A DNA stretch of 34,255 bases, taken from Octopus bimaculoides (Eukaryota). The stretch covers positions 57,637,297-57,671,551 of the forward strand of contig NC_068994.1 in the NCBI RefSeq assembly GCF_001194135.2, written 5' to 3'. A model generated the notes under the pieces. It saw nothing but the letters and a program-made list of their open reading frames with translations, did no database searches and was not told where the DNA came from. This document shows positions 1-9,520 of this stretch, piece after piece. Position 1 is the stretch's first letter. Each line of letters begins with the position of its first letter. The position numbers and the translations under genes are program-made.

Positions 1-37
<37 letters not shown>

Positions 38-200
38 GTGTTTGTGTGTCTGTGTGTATGCATGTATGTATTAATGTGTGAATGCGTATGTGTGTGTATG
101 TGTGTGTGCGTTTGTGTGTATATGTGTGTATGCATGTATGTATTAATGTGTGTGTTCGTATGTGTGTGTGTATGTGTGTTTGTCTATGTGTGTTTGTGAT
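1..200 (+). repeat. Degenerate (TG)n/(TATG)n microsatellite
   Basis: Direct reading of TG dinucleotide runs with TATG interruptions. Confidence 0.95.
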
Positions 201-204
201 CCTA

Positions 205-385
205 CATCCGCATAACAAATGTTTAAACTGTTAAACTCTTTGTAGCTTAACGGTTGAGAAAATGAGAGAATGGTATAAAATGTATCGGACTCCAAGAACT
301 GACTCCTTAGTTGATTTGTTCCACTAAAACCTTCGAGGCGATGTCCCAGCATGGCTGCAGTCTAATGATTGAAGCAAGTACTAGG
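205..385 (+). mobile_element. Diverged 3' module of SINE family B
   Basis: gatttgttccactaaaaccttcgaggcgatgtcccagcatggctgcagtctaatgattgaagcaagta matches the 3' modules at 7420-7600 and 10800-10985. It follows a (TG)n tract, as those copies do. Confidence 0.7.
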
Positions 386-409
386 TTGACAGAACAAAAA
401 AACGAGAGA

Positions 410-488
410 TGATCTATATGTGTGTATGTATGCATGTATGTGACTGTGTGCGTGTGTATGTGTACGTGTGTGTCCATAGATACATACA

Positions 489-520
<32 letters not shown>

Positions 521-842
521 CTGAAACACAATGAAGAGTCTACAACATCAGCTTTTGTTTTTTTATTCGGGTTTGTTTCATTTTGTTTTCATTTTGTTTT
601 CGTTTTTTTTTTTTTGTTTTTTTTTGAGTGGGTCGGGATTCTCTATTAGAAAATATGTCAAATTGATATTGTTTTGTGAACATAATGAAACGAACGGAAA
701 AATCAGGAGCATGACAAATTTGTGAGGCATAGAAAGTGCGTGTGGCATGTGTATGTATATATATATATATATATATATATACATACATACATATATACAC
801 ACACACACACAGACTGACATAGACACATACACACACATACAT
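410..842. repeat. Compound microsatellites (TG)n, (ATAC)n (about 478-520), (TA)n/(CA)n (about 750-842)
   Basis: Direct reading. Confidence 0.9.
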
Positions 843-1051
843 TCTATGTGCGTTATGAATTTACTCACTTTCTTTTCATTTAGACTACAAACCGATATCA
901 ATTTGACATAACTCTGTTGTGGGTTCCTCATTGTGTTTCAATACGCCTCTTCTGGTTTTATGGTTGTTTTCACGGCTGTTAGACATTTTCCTTGCTCTTA
1001 AAACGTTTGTTATTGTATCTCTCAATGAGACAAATTGTTCTTGTGTTGTTT

Positions 1052-1687
1052 GTTGTTTGTTGTTGTCGTCATCGTCGTCGTTGTTGTTGTTGTTGTTGTT
1101 GTTTAACACCAGGTCCGTCTTAATCCAGTAGACCGATGATCGACGTTGTTTTAACTACGACCATCTGTGTGGCAATAAATCTCCTCAAATCCCAAGAACC
1201 TTTCTTAGAATTCTTGCGGAACATAGGATGGTACTTTTCAGCGATTCTGCAATGCAAGTCTTAATTCCAATCTCCTTCAGTCTTTTAGGCAGCATTTTAG
1301 CTGTTGTGCCAATTGCACCAATTATAACAGGAACAATTGTTGTCTTTGGCTTCCACAGTCTCTTCAGCTCTCTAACTAGATTCTGATATTCCTGGGGGTT
1401 TTTTTCAATTTCTTTATCGACTCTATTCATTATTTGGGACTGTAAAGTCAATTATCTGGCACTTTCTATTGTCTTTGTCTACAGCTACCAAATCAGGCCT
1501 TCTAGCTTCTATTACTCTTGTCAGTCTGAATGTTAAAGTCCCACAACATCTTGTATTTCTAACTTTCTCGTACTTCACTAGGTTCATACTACCGTTTATC
1601 AGTGTGTTCAAATCTTAGTTTTCCACATAGCTCCCAGTGGATTGTTCCCCCCAGATTGTCATGTCTTTTCTTGTATTCTTTCTGTAC
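1052..1687 (-). mobile_element. 3' end remnant of an R4/Dong-like (RLE-endonuclease) non-LTR retrotransposon with (AAC)n tail
   Basis: Minus-strand frames give KEYKKRHDNLGGTIHWELCGK, IEARRPDLVAVDKDNRKCQIIDFTVP and EKxxEYQNLVRELKRLWKxKTTIVPVIIGAIG...ILRKVLGI* (stop 1185). These are the RHD/HW and PD-(D/E)xK RLE motifs, broken by frameshifts. An (AAC)n run follows at 1052-1103. Confidence 0.88.
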
Positions 1688-1689
1688 AA

Positions 1690-2050
1690 ACATGTAAGAA
1701 ATAAAAAGATATTTTGGAAAGAGGTACAGAAGGTAAGAAAGGTGGTGGGAGGAAGGGAGAAAAGGACGAAGGATGTAAATGGAAATTTGTTGAAAGGAAG
1801 TGAGGATGTACAAAGGAGATGGGCAGAGTATTTTAGTGAGCTGTTAAATGTGGGGGATGTTAGGGAAGCAAGTATGGTGGTTGTAGGAGGAGAGAGGAGA
1901 ATGCCTGTTGGGGAATGAAACTATGATGCAATTGGAAGGAATCTCTGCGGAAGATGGCAAACCAGAAGGCGCCAGGTATAGATGGGTGTACAGTGGAATG
2001 CCTAAAGGAAGAGGGAGTGACAGTGATTGAATGGTTCGTGAGTCTTGCAG
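1690..2050 (+). mobile_element. RTE-clade LINE ORF fragment (linker between endonuclease and RT)
   Basis: NKKIFWKEVQKVRK...KDVNGNLL...VQRRWAEYFSELLN, then after a frameshift KAPGIDGCTVECLKEEGVTVIEWF (KAPGxDG motif). Confidence 0.85.
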
Positions 2051-2218
2051 TCTTTTTTTAGTCTGGTTTTGAATTGTTGAAGCTGAGTCTTTCATCTCTT
2101 TGGGTATTATAAAATGAAGAACCAGTGAAGTACTAAGACGATTGTATCGGCCGTACTCTCATCGCAAATATTTGTTTTCTTGGACGTATGTCAGGCATTA
2201 TTATTATTTCTGTAGAAT

Positions 2219-2436
2219 AAGGTGTCGAACTGGCAGAGTCGTTAGCACGCCAACAATAATGCTTAGCAGCATATCGTCTGCCGTTACGTTCTGAGTTCAA
2301 ATTCCGCCGAGGCCGACTTTGCCTTTCATCCTTTCGGGGTTGATAAAATAAATACCAGTTGCGTACTGGGGTTGATGTAATCAACTTAACCCCTTTCTCG
2401 AAATTGCTGGTCTTGTGCTAAAATTTGAAATCAATA
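2219..2436 (+). mobile_element. SINE family A (tRNA-like head, conserved central core)
   Basis: A-box-like ctggcagagtcgttagc, B-box-like gagttcaaattcc, and core gccgactttgcctttcatcctttcggggttgataaa. Three more copies occur in the window. The core resembles the Nin/Deu-type SINE domain (from memory). Confidence 0.88.
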
Positions 2437-2534
2437 TCATTTCTGTAGAATCTGTTGATTGTGATCATTTTAGGAACGAACAATTTAGATAACAATAACC
2501 AGAGATACGTTTAAGCGGAGGAATGTATCATTGC

Positions 2535-2545
2535 CTGTGTGTGTT

Positions 2546-2590
<45 letters not shown>
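2535..2590 (+). repeat. (TG)n microsatellite
   Basis: Direct reading. Confidence 0.95.
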
Positions 2591-2591
<1 letters not shown>

Positions 2592-3319
2592 TGATCCACT
2601 AATTTCGATAGCACTAACCGCTTGATAACATCACCTGTGATCATAGGACCGCATGAGAGTATTGTTAGAGTGTTAGACAAACAGCCTTGTACTGATGTAG
2701 TGTATACCTGCGTTCAAATCCCACTGCTTATCGAACTTTCTTTTCGATTCTTTCGGTACATCGATGATAAATCGATAACTGAAAGGACCAGCCAAGCACA
2801 AAAGATCGATAAAATTCACTACACTCTTCCCAATCAGAAAAAGCAAAGAAAAGGTATTCAATGCGAGTCCATTGTGTCAAAATGAAGAGAGAAAAATGTT
2901 GTGTATAAAACGCACAGGTAACGCAGGGGTGGGTTTGCGGAGGGAGTCGTAGGAGTAGTAGTAGTAGTTTTGTAAATGTTTAAAGTTAAGGTGTAGACAG
3001 AATTATTTGAAAACAAATATTAAAAGTGTGAAAAGATGCTTGTAGAACATGTTTCGAGTTACGTTTAAACAACGTGACTCATTGTCTATATGTGGCTCTG
3101 TATGCGTGTGTGTGTGTGTATGTGTGTGTGTGCGTGTGATGGTTGTTTTTTGTTCTTTTATATATCTTGTATTTTATATTTCTCTTTGGCGAATATAATA
3201 AGATTTTTAACATTAAACTTACCTTCCTTTGTTAACGATCCTCTTCACACATCGCAGCAGCAGCCATTTCAATGAAACCCATAAGCAACGTGGAACCTCT
3301 GCTGTATTATCCACTGCTT

Positions 3320-3547
3320 TATACACACACACACACACATACATACATACATACATACATACATACATACATACATACATACACACATACATACACACAT
3401 ACATACACACACACACACATACATACATACATACATACATACACACATACATACATACATACATACATACTACATACATACAAACATACATACATACATA
3501 CATGTATGTATGTATGCTTGCATGTATGTAACCATAGTATATGTTAC

Positions 3548-3586
<39 letters not shown>

Positions 3587-3975
3587 AACACATATATACA
3601 CATATATACATATATACATGTAAAACACACGCACACAGACATATACACCCAGTCACACACATACATACACACACACACACACACATACATACATATATAT
3701 ACATATATATATATATTATATTATACTAAATTATATTATATTATTATAGAAGCTGCTGTCTCTTGTCTCTGGTTGTAGTGGTAAATGTCATATACAAACA
3801 CACACAAACATACAAACACACACACACATAAGCATGACGCGTGCGCACGCACACAAACACACACACACAAACACACGCGCACACACACATAACACATACA
3901 CCTGCTCGACAAGATATCCTCCTTTATTTTATTTTATTTTATTTTATTTTATTCTATTTTATTTTATTCTATTTT
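3320..3975. repeat. Compound (CA)n/(TACA)n/(TA)n tracts and (TTTTA)n at about 3925-3975
   Basis: Direct reading. These tracts explain the overlapping YIHT/VCMY ORFs. Confidence 0.93.
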
Positions 3976-4445
3976 ACAAATGTCAAATAAAAGTTACAAA
4001 TTTGTTTGACAAGAACTTCTTTTTTGATTTTTTTTTTTTCAACACATGAATGAAAGTGGCGAGCAAGATGAGGTGAAGAGCGAATGCTTAGAGAAGTAAT
4101 TCGGCGAGAATCATATGCTATGACAGTAGTCTCTCGTAGTTCGAGGAAGACGGTTCTGCAATGTCTTGCTGAATAACCTACACAAAGGATTTGTTTATGG
4201 CGATCAAACGCCTGTATGACAGATTAGCTCAAAGCCTCCATTCGAATCGGCGTTGCGTGAACAGGTGCACGTCACGTGTCGAAGTCACTGTTGCAAACCA
4301 ACGCGAGATGAAGTGTTTTGCTACAGAGAGCATAATGCCACTCCCAGGCCAAGAAATGAAACCACAAGCTCGCAATCGTTAGTGAAAAGCCCTTACCAGT
4401 AGGCCACGCACCTTCCACACACACTCATACACACACACACACACA

Positions 4446-4684
4446 NNNNNNNNNNNNNNNNNNNNNNNNNNNNNNNNNNNNNNNNNNNNNNNNNNNNNNN
4501 NNNNNNNNNNNNNNNNNNNNNNNNNNNNNNNNNNNNNNNNNNNNNNNNNNNNNNNNNNNNNNNNNNNNNNNNNNNNNNNNNNNNNNNNNNNNNNNNNNNN
4601 NNNNNNNNNNNNNNNNNNNNNNNNNNNNNNNNNNNNNNNNNNNNNNNNNNNNNNNNNNNNNNNNNNNNNNNNNNNNNNNNNNNN
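4446..4684. other. Assembly gap (N)
   Basis: N run flanked by (CA)n and (TA)n. Confidence 1.
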
Positions 4685-4695
4685 TATATATAATT

Positions 4696-4916
4696 ATATA
4701 AGGATTTACATTTCGTAATGAGATAAAAAAAAACCAAGGCTGTGCATAATATAGAACATTTATAAATAGATGGTCTTACAGCTGTTTCATCGTCTCCGAT
4801 GAAGGGATATAATAAAAATCCTCGAAACAGCTGTAAGACTTTCTATTTATAAATGTTCTATATTATGCACAGCCTTGGGTTTTTTTTATCTCATTACTAA
4901 ATGTAAATCCTTATAT
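4696..4916. repeat. Long inverted repeat: 93-bp arms (4696-4788 / 4824-4916), 35-nt spacer; Penelope-like inverted pLTR candidate
   Basis: atataaggatttacatttcgtaatgagat...gtcttacagctgtttc pairs with gaaacagctgtaagac...atctcattactaaatgtaaatccttatat with few mismatches. Confidence 0.93.
4792..4839 (+). ncRNA. Minimal type-I hammerhead ribozyme motif (U4C core variant)
   Basis: gtct-CCGATGA-agggat(ataataaaa)atcctc-GAAA-c agct GTA-agac. Stem I gtct/agac is perfect, stem III ACAGCTGT is palindromic, and the cleavage triplet is GUA. Stem II is closed by an A.C mismatch. Confidence 0.7.
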
Positions 4917-5123
4917 TCACACGCTGATATATAGCCTACATTGAACCCCTTATTCGCATAATCTCCGAACCTGAAGCTTAACTATGGTCTATCCATAGCA
5001 CTTACGCAGCATTACCTGAAACCTCTGGGTCTAATTGACACCACTATCGCTCATAACCTCTATATATAATTATATATATATATATATATATAAGAATTTA
5101 AGGATTGGAGAAAACGCATGTTA

Positions 5124-5335
5124 TAATTACATACTTTATTCCTACATATGTTTCAAAGGATTACAACCTGTGTGATCCATAGGGATCTTTGATATAATCG
5201 GTCATAATGTCTTAGGTTTAAGATGATTCCCATGCTTTCCCTGATGAGAAGGTTACAATTTTAATATCAAAGATCCCTATGGATCACACAGGTTGTAATC
5301 CTTTGAAACATATGTAAGAATAAAGTATGCAATTA
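5124..5335. repeat. Long inverted repeat: 72-bp arms (5124-5195 / 5264-5335), 68-nt spacer; right arm runs into the gap
   Basis: taattacatactttattcctacatatgtttcaaaggattacaacctgtgtgatccatagggatctttgatat pairs with atatcaaagatccctatggatcacacaggttgtaatcctttgaaacatatgtaagaataaagtatgcaatta. Confidence 0.93.
5237..5320 (+). ncRNA. Type-I hammerhead ribozyme motif with extended stem II
   Basis: ttcc-CTGATGA (5241-5247)-gaaggttacaa...ttgtaatccttt-GAAA (5305-5308)-c atat GTA (5314-5316)-agaa. Stem III ACATATGT is palindromic. The stem II loop holds an inner hairpin gatcc/ggatc. Stem I has one C.A mismatch, which is a C-G pair in the antisense arm copy. Confidence 0.8.
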
Positions 5336-6233
5336 NNNNNNNNNNNNNNNNNNNNNNNNNNNNNNNNNNNNNNNNNNNNNNNNNNNNNNNNNNNNNNNNN
5401 NNNNNNNNNNNNNNNNNNNNNNNNNNNNNNNNNNNNNNNNNNNNNNNNNNNNNNNNNNNNNNNNNNNNNNNNNNNNNNNNNNNNNNNNNNNNNNNNNNNN
5501 NNNNNNNNNNNNNNNNNNNNNNNNNNNNNNNNNNNNNNNNNNNNNNNNNNNNNNNNNNNNNNNNNNNNNNNNNNNNNNNNNNNNNNNNNNNNNNNNNNNN
5601 NNNNNNNNNNNNNNNNNNNNNNNNNNNNNNNNNNNNNNNNNNNNNNNNNNNNNNNNNNNNNNNNNNNNNNNNNNNNNNNNNNNNNNNNNNNNNNNNNNNN
5701 NNNNNNNNNNNNNNNNNNNNNNNNNNNNNNNNNNNNNNNNNNNNNNNNNNNNNNNNNNNNNNNNNNNNNNNNNNNNNNNNNNNNNNNNNNNNNNNNNNNN
5801 NNNNNNNNNNNNNNNNNNNNNNNNNNNNNNNNNNNNNNNNNNNNNNNNNNNNNNNNNNNNNNNNNNNNNNNNNNNNNNNNNNNNNNNNNNNNNNNNNNNN
5901 NNNNNNNNNNNNNNNNNNNNNNNNNNNNNNNNNNNNNNNNNNNNNNNNNNNNNNNNNNNNNNNNNNNNNNNNNNNNNNNNNNNNNNNNNNNNNNNNNNNN
6001 NNNNNNNNNNNNNNNNNNNNNNNNNNNNNNNNNNNNNNNNNNNNNNNNNNNNNNNNNNNNNNNNNNNNNNNNNNNNNNNNNNNNNNNNNNNNNNNNNNNN
6101 NNNNNNNNNNNNNNNNNNNNNNNNNNNNNNNNNNNNNNNNNNNNNNNNNNNNNNNNNNNNNNNNNNNNNNNNNNNNNNNNNNNNNNNNNNNNNNNNNNNN
6201 NNNNNNNNNNNNNNNNNNNNNNNNNNNNNNNNN
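5336..6233. other. Assembly gap (N)
   Basis: N run. Confidence 1.
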
Positions 6234-6559
6234 TATATATATATATATATATATGTCTGTATGTATATAAATGTATATGTACACACACACACAACATCGA
6301 AGGAAAACACCAGTGAAAGGATAGTTTTCTATCCTTCAACAGGAAGCTTATGTCGGTCGATGGTATACATGCTACTGTCTCACAAAATATATCTGCTAAC
6401 ACTAAAACTGAGGGAGTATGTTTGTGTGTATGCGTGTAAGAGAGAGACAGAGACAGAGACAGACTGACAGCAATAGAAAGAGAGAGCGTGTGTGTGCGTT
6501 ACTTTTTGAAACCGATGTCAGTTGCCTTTTCCATATCAATCCGCCTTGCCTTCACATTT

Positions 6560-6640
6560 ATCGTATCATACCACCACCGTCACCACCACTGGCATCACTA
6601 CCACCGCTACCATTATTATCACCATCACCACTGCTGCTGG
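6560..6640 (+). repeat. (CAC/CAT/TAC)n trinucleotide low-complexity tract
   Basis: Direct reading. Confidence 0.85.
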
Positions 6641-6719
6641 TACTATGATTTACTAAAACCAAATGGCTCGGTTTAGTATCGAACTTGCATTACACAGTCG
6701 AATTAACAGAGGGCTAAGC

Positions 6720-6945
6720 ACCACTCTACGTCTCATAGCCATCGAAACTGGCCACTACGCGGTCGCCTAGCCTGTTAGAAACGGCAAAGAAATCTACCTC
6801 AGATCACTGCATGTTGTTTTAATAAATGAAGCATTCATTGGGTAGTGTTGTTCTCGATATATGAAAAGACGCGATGATCACGGCTGGAAAGGCTTTCATC
6901 ATAGGTTTACTTAAGCAGTTCCGACTTGGGTTGAAACAACAATTT
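6720..6945 (+). mobile_element. Diverged interspersed repeat 3' portion ending in an AAC tail (SINE-like)
   Basis: The terminal 70 nt align ungapped with the reverse complement of 1096-1165 and end in aaacaacaa. Confidence 0.55.
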
Positions 6946-7220
6946 CAATATTTGACTTAATGAGAGGTATGCCCTGCTATCCCCCATTCATAATTGCATA
7001 CGTACATACATACATACAGACATTGTTCCCTGACAAAATTCCGTGTTGCATAATAATAATTGATATATATATTCAGAAATAAGCGCCACTGAACAGGCAA
7101 CTCATAGGAAGACATCTATATGTTCTGTACCTTTGTATACGAGCTTGAGAAGTGCTATGGACGAAACACTCGTCCCTCGAGTCACTTCATAACTCCTGCC
7201 GATTAATCATAATAAAAGTG

Positions 7221-7365
7221 AGGCGCAGGTGTGGCTGTGTGACATGGTTCTGGGTTCAGTCCCACCGCGTGGCACCTTGGGCAAGTGTCTTCTGCTATTC
7301 TCGGCCGACCAAAGCCTTGCGAGGGAATTGGATAGACGGAAACTGAAAGAAGCCCGTCGTGCGTG

Positions 7366-7400
<35 letters not shown>

Positions 7401-7600
7401 GTGTTTGTATGTGTGTGTGTCCACCTTCGCTTGTTGTGTTTACGTCCCCGTAACCTAGCGGTTCGGCAAAAGAGATACGATAGAATAAGTACTAGGCTTA
7501 CAGAGAATAAGTCTTGGTCTCGATTTGTTCAGCTAAAGGTGGTGCTCCAGCATGGTCGCAATCAAAGAAATGCCTTGAAAGAAGTAAAAGAATGAAAGAA
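7221..7600 (+). mobile_element. Near full-length SINE family B with internal (TG)n
   Basis: Head aggcgcaggtgtggctgtgt..ggttctgggttcagtccc, body ggcaccttgggcaagtgtcttct...gaaactgaaagaagcccgtcg, (TG)n at 7360-7419, then 3' module ...ggtgctccagcatggtcgca... and an A-rich tail. Confidence 0.9.
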
Positions 7601-7917
7601 TATAAGCAAACGTGTTCCATACGCTAGTTGTCTAAGGGAGGCAATTTACACCATAACCATCACATATTAGCAAGAGTACGTTTAGGTTATCTCCCTTGCA
7701 TTTAAAATCTATGTTTTTTCCCTTCGACGTGGCTTTCCTTCGCGTATCGAACCTCGAGACCAGAATTTCTCAACCATTTTTTTGTTTTGTTTTTTTTACC
7801 TATGAATCGATCCCCTTTCATTCCTATTTTAGTCTGTTGGGCCTAAAATCTTATCATATTTTAACAATTAAATATTGTAAGGAATTGTATAAAGTAATTG
7901 TTGAAAGATTTTGTTTC

Positions 7918-7966
7918 TTTTACTTGTTTCAAGCATTTGACTGTAGGCCATGCTGGAGCCCCGCGT
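7918..7966 (-). mobile_element. SINE family B 3' tip
   Basis: tttacttgtttcaagcatttgactgtaggccatgctggagc is the reverse complement of the family B terminus. Confidence 0.7.
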
Positions 7967-7974
7967 TGGCTGAA

Positions 7975-8135
7975 CATATATGTATGTGTGTGTCTATGTT
8001 TGTGTGTCTGTATTTGTCCGCCCACCATCGCTTGACAACTGATGCTGATGTGTTTACGTCCCCGTAACTTAGCGGTTCAGCAAAATGGAAGAAGTACTAA
8101 GCTTACAAAGAATAAGTCCTGGGGTCGATTGGCTC
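7975..8135 (+). mobile_element. SINE family B (TG tract plus 3' module, truncated)
   Basis: ccaccatcgcttgacaactgatgctgatgtgtttacgtccccgtaacttagcggttcagcaaaa...aataagtcctggggtcgat. Confidence 0.85.
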
Positions 8136-8397
8136 GTTTTATGTGTATAACAGGTCGGACACCAGTCTTTTTATGTTGGTTGTTTGTTATCACAACAGGT
8201 CGTTGAAGTGTGAGGTGCACTGTATCTCTATTTATAATGTTTTCCTTCGTAAGTTATAACGAAGATTTAGTTCTAACAAAGATTTTAGATTTCATAGTTA
8301 CGAGGAAATTCTAAGAGTAACCTCCCTTGTACTGGTATCTTGTCTTTATACCCTTTAGGTTGTATGCGTGTGTGCGCGCTCGCACACGCAATAAATA

Positions 8398-8463
8398 TAG
8401 ACAGATGGACAGATAGACAGACAGACGGACAGACGGACAAACGGTCAGACGGACGGACGGACG

Positions 8464-8513
<50 letters not shown>

Positions 8514-8518
8514 TAGAC

Positions 8519-8549
<31 letters not shown>

Positions 8550-8550
8550 C
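8398..8550 (+). repeat. Compound tetranucleotide (GACG)n-(GACA)n-(GATA)n
   Basis: Direct reading. Confidence 0.95.
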
Positions 8551-8784
8551 AGTCAATACCTTTTTTAATTTCTATCTTCGATCGCATTGTTTATCCTGGC
8601 TCTGAGCGTTATAAGAAATTTGTAGAAATAAACTCAAAATGAGAACATTGCACTGCTAACACAAAAGTGAGGCACAGTGACTTGTAAACCTTTGATATAC
8701 TTAGAAGTATCTTATGGTGGTGGCAAAATGAAATAATGGAGCCTTGCTAACAATTGTGGTTTTGTAGATCATATTGTATAGGTG

Positions 8785-9110
8785 AAGGTGCATGACTCAG
8801 AGGTTAGAGCATCGGGCACACAATCATGAGGTTGTGAGTTTGATTCCCAGACCAGGCTGCATGTAAGACACTTTATTCCATGTTGCTCCAGTCCACTCAG
8901 CTGTAGAAATGAATTGTGACGTCACTGGTGCTAAGCTGTATCGGCCCCTTTACCTTTCCCTTGAATAACGTCGGTGGAGAGGAGAGCGGAGGTTGGTATG
9001 CATGGGCGACTGCTGGTCTTCCATAAACAACCTTGCCCAGACTTGTGCCTCGGAGGGGAACTTTCTAGGTGCAATCCCATGGTCATTCATGACCGAAGGA
9101 GTGTCTTTTC
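8785..9110 (+). mobile_element. SINE family C (tRNA-like head, tccactcagctg core)
   Basis: A/B-box-like gactcagaggttagagc and gagtttgattccc. The core ctccagtccactcagctg is shared with 10604-10775 and with the reverse complement of 22020-22165. Confidence 0.75.
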
Positions 9111-9164
9111 TTTTTTGTATAGGACATATTTCTATAAATCATAACCGCAAAAGCAATATTTATT

Positions 9165-9322
9165 TCGTTATTGCCCACAGGGGGGGGGGTTAAACACAGA
9201 GAGGACAGACAATGGGATTAAGTCAATTACATCGATCACAGTACATAACTGGTACTTATGAAATCGACCACAAAAGGATGAAAGGCAAAGTCGATCTCAG
9301 TGGAATTTGAACTCAGAGCGTA
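9165..9322 (-). mobile_element. SINE family A copy, head cut off by the adjacent TIR element
   Basis: aaggatgaaaggcaaagtcgatctcagtggaatttgaactcagagcgta is the reverse complement of the family A core and B-box. Confidence 0.85.
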
Positions 9323-9401
9323 TAGGGCTTTCCTATAAGGTGTTATCCACCCCTGATTGGAACTCTCCCGTATGACATGTACGCATGCTCAGTGACTTGC
9401 T

Positions 9402-9518
9402 TTAACAGTTGCAATCAGCTGAATGCACATTGCCAGTGACATTTGACATAATTACCCACACTCTGTGGTCAGGATTCTTTTTTTGGTTTGATGTCGGTAT
9501 CGAAGGGATTACCAGACA
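9402..9518 (-). pseudogene. SWIM zinc-finger N-terminal half, truncated after CxC
   Basis: Open frame CLVIPSIPTSNQKKNPDHRVWVIMSNVTGNVHSADCNC* resembles the V.PS...H.VW....G.V.SA.C.C lead-in of transposon SWIM fingers. The downstream CxH is absent. Confidence 0.65.
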
Positions 9519-9520
9519 CT

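Noticed and set aside
2-3778. Many ORFs rich in VC/HT/YI/MY dipeptides, here and throughout the window
   Set aside because: They are translations of (TG)n, (TACA)n and (TA)n microsatellites and lack stops only because of repeat composition.
3980-4400. Moderately GC-rich unique-looking segment with a 63-aa ORF
   Set aside because: There is no recognisable domain, canonical start or splice pattern.
5277-6402. Long ORFs spanning N runs (also 12781-13526, 22168-23206, 30156-32058)
   Set aside because: They are open only because N codons translate as X.
7221-7300. tRNA-like A/B boxes in SINE heads (also 2219, 8785, 10604)
   Set aside because: There is no complete cloverleaf or acceptor stem, and each continues into a repeated SINE body, so these are not tRNA genes.
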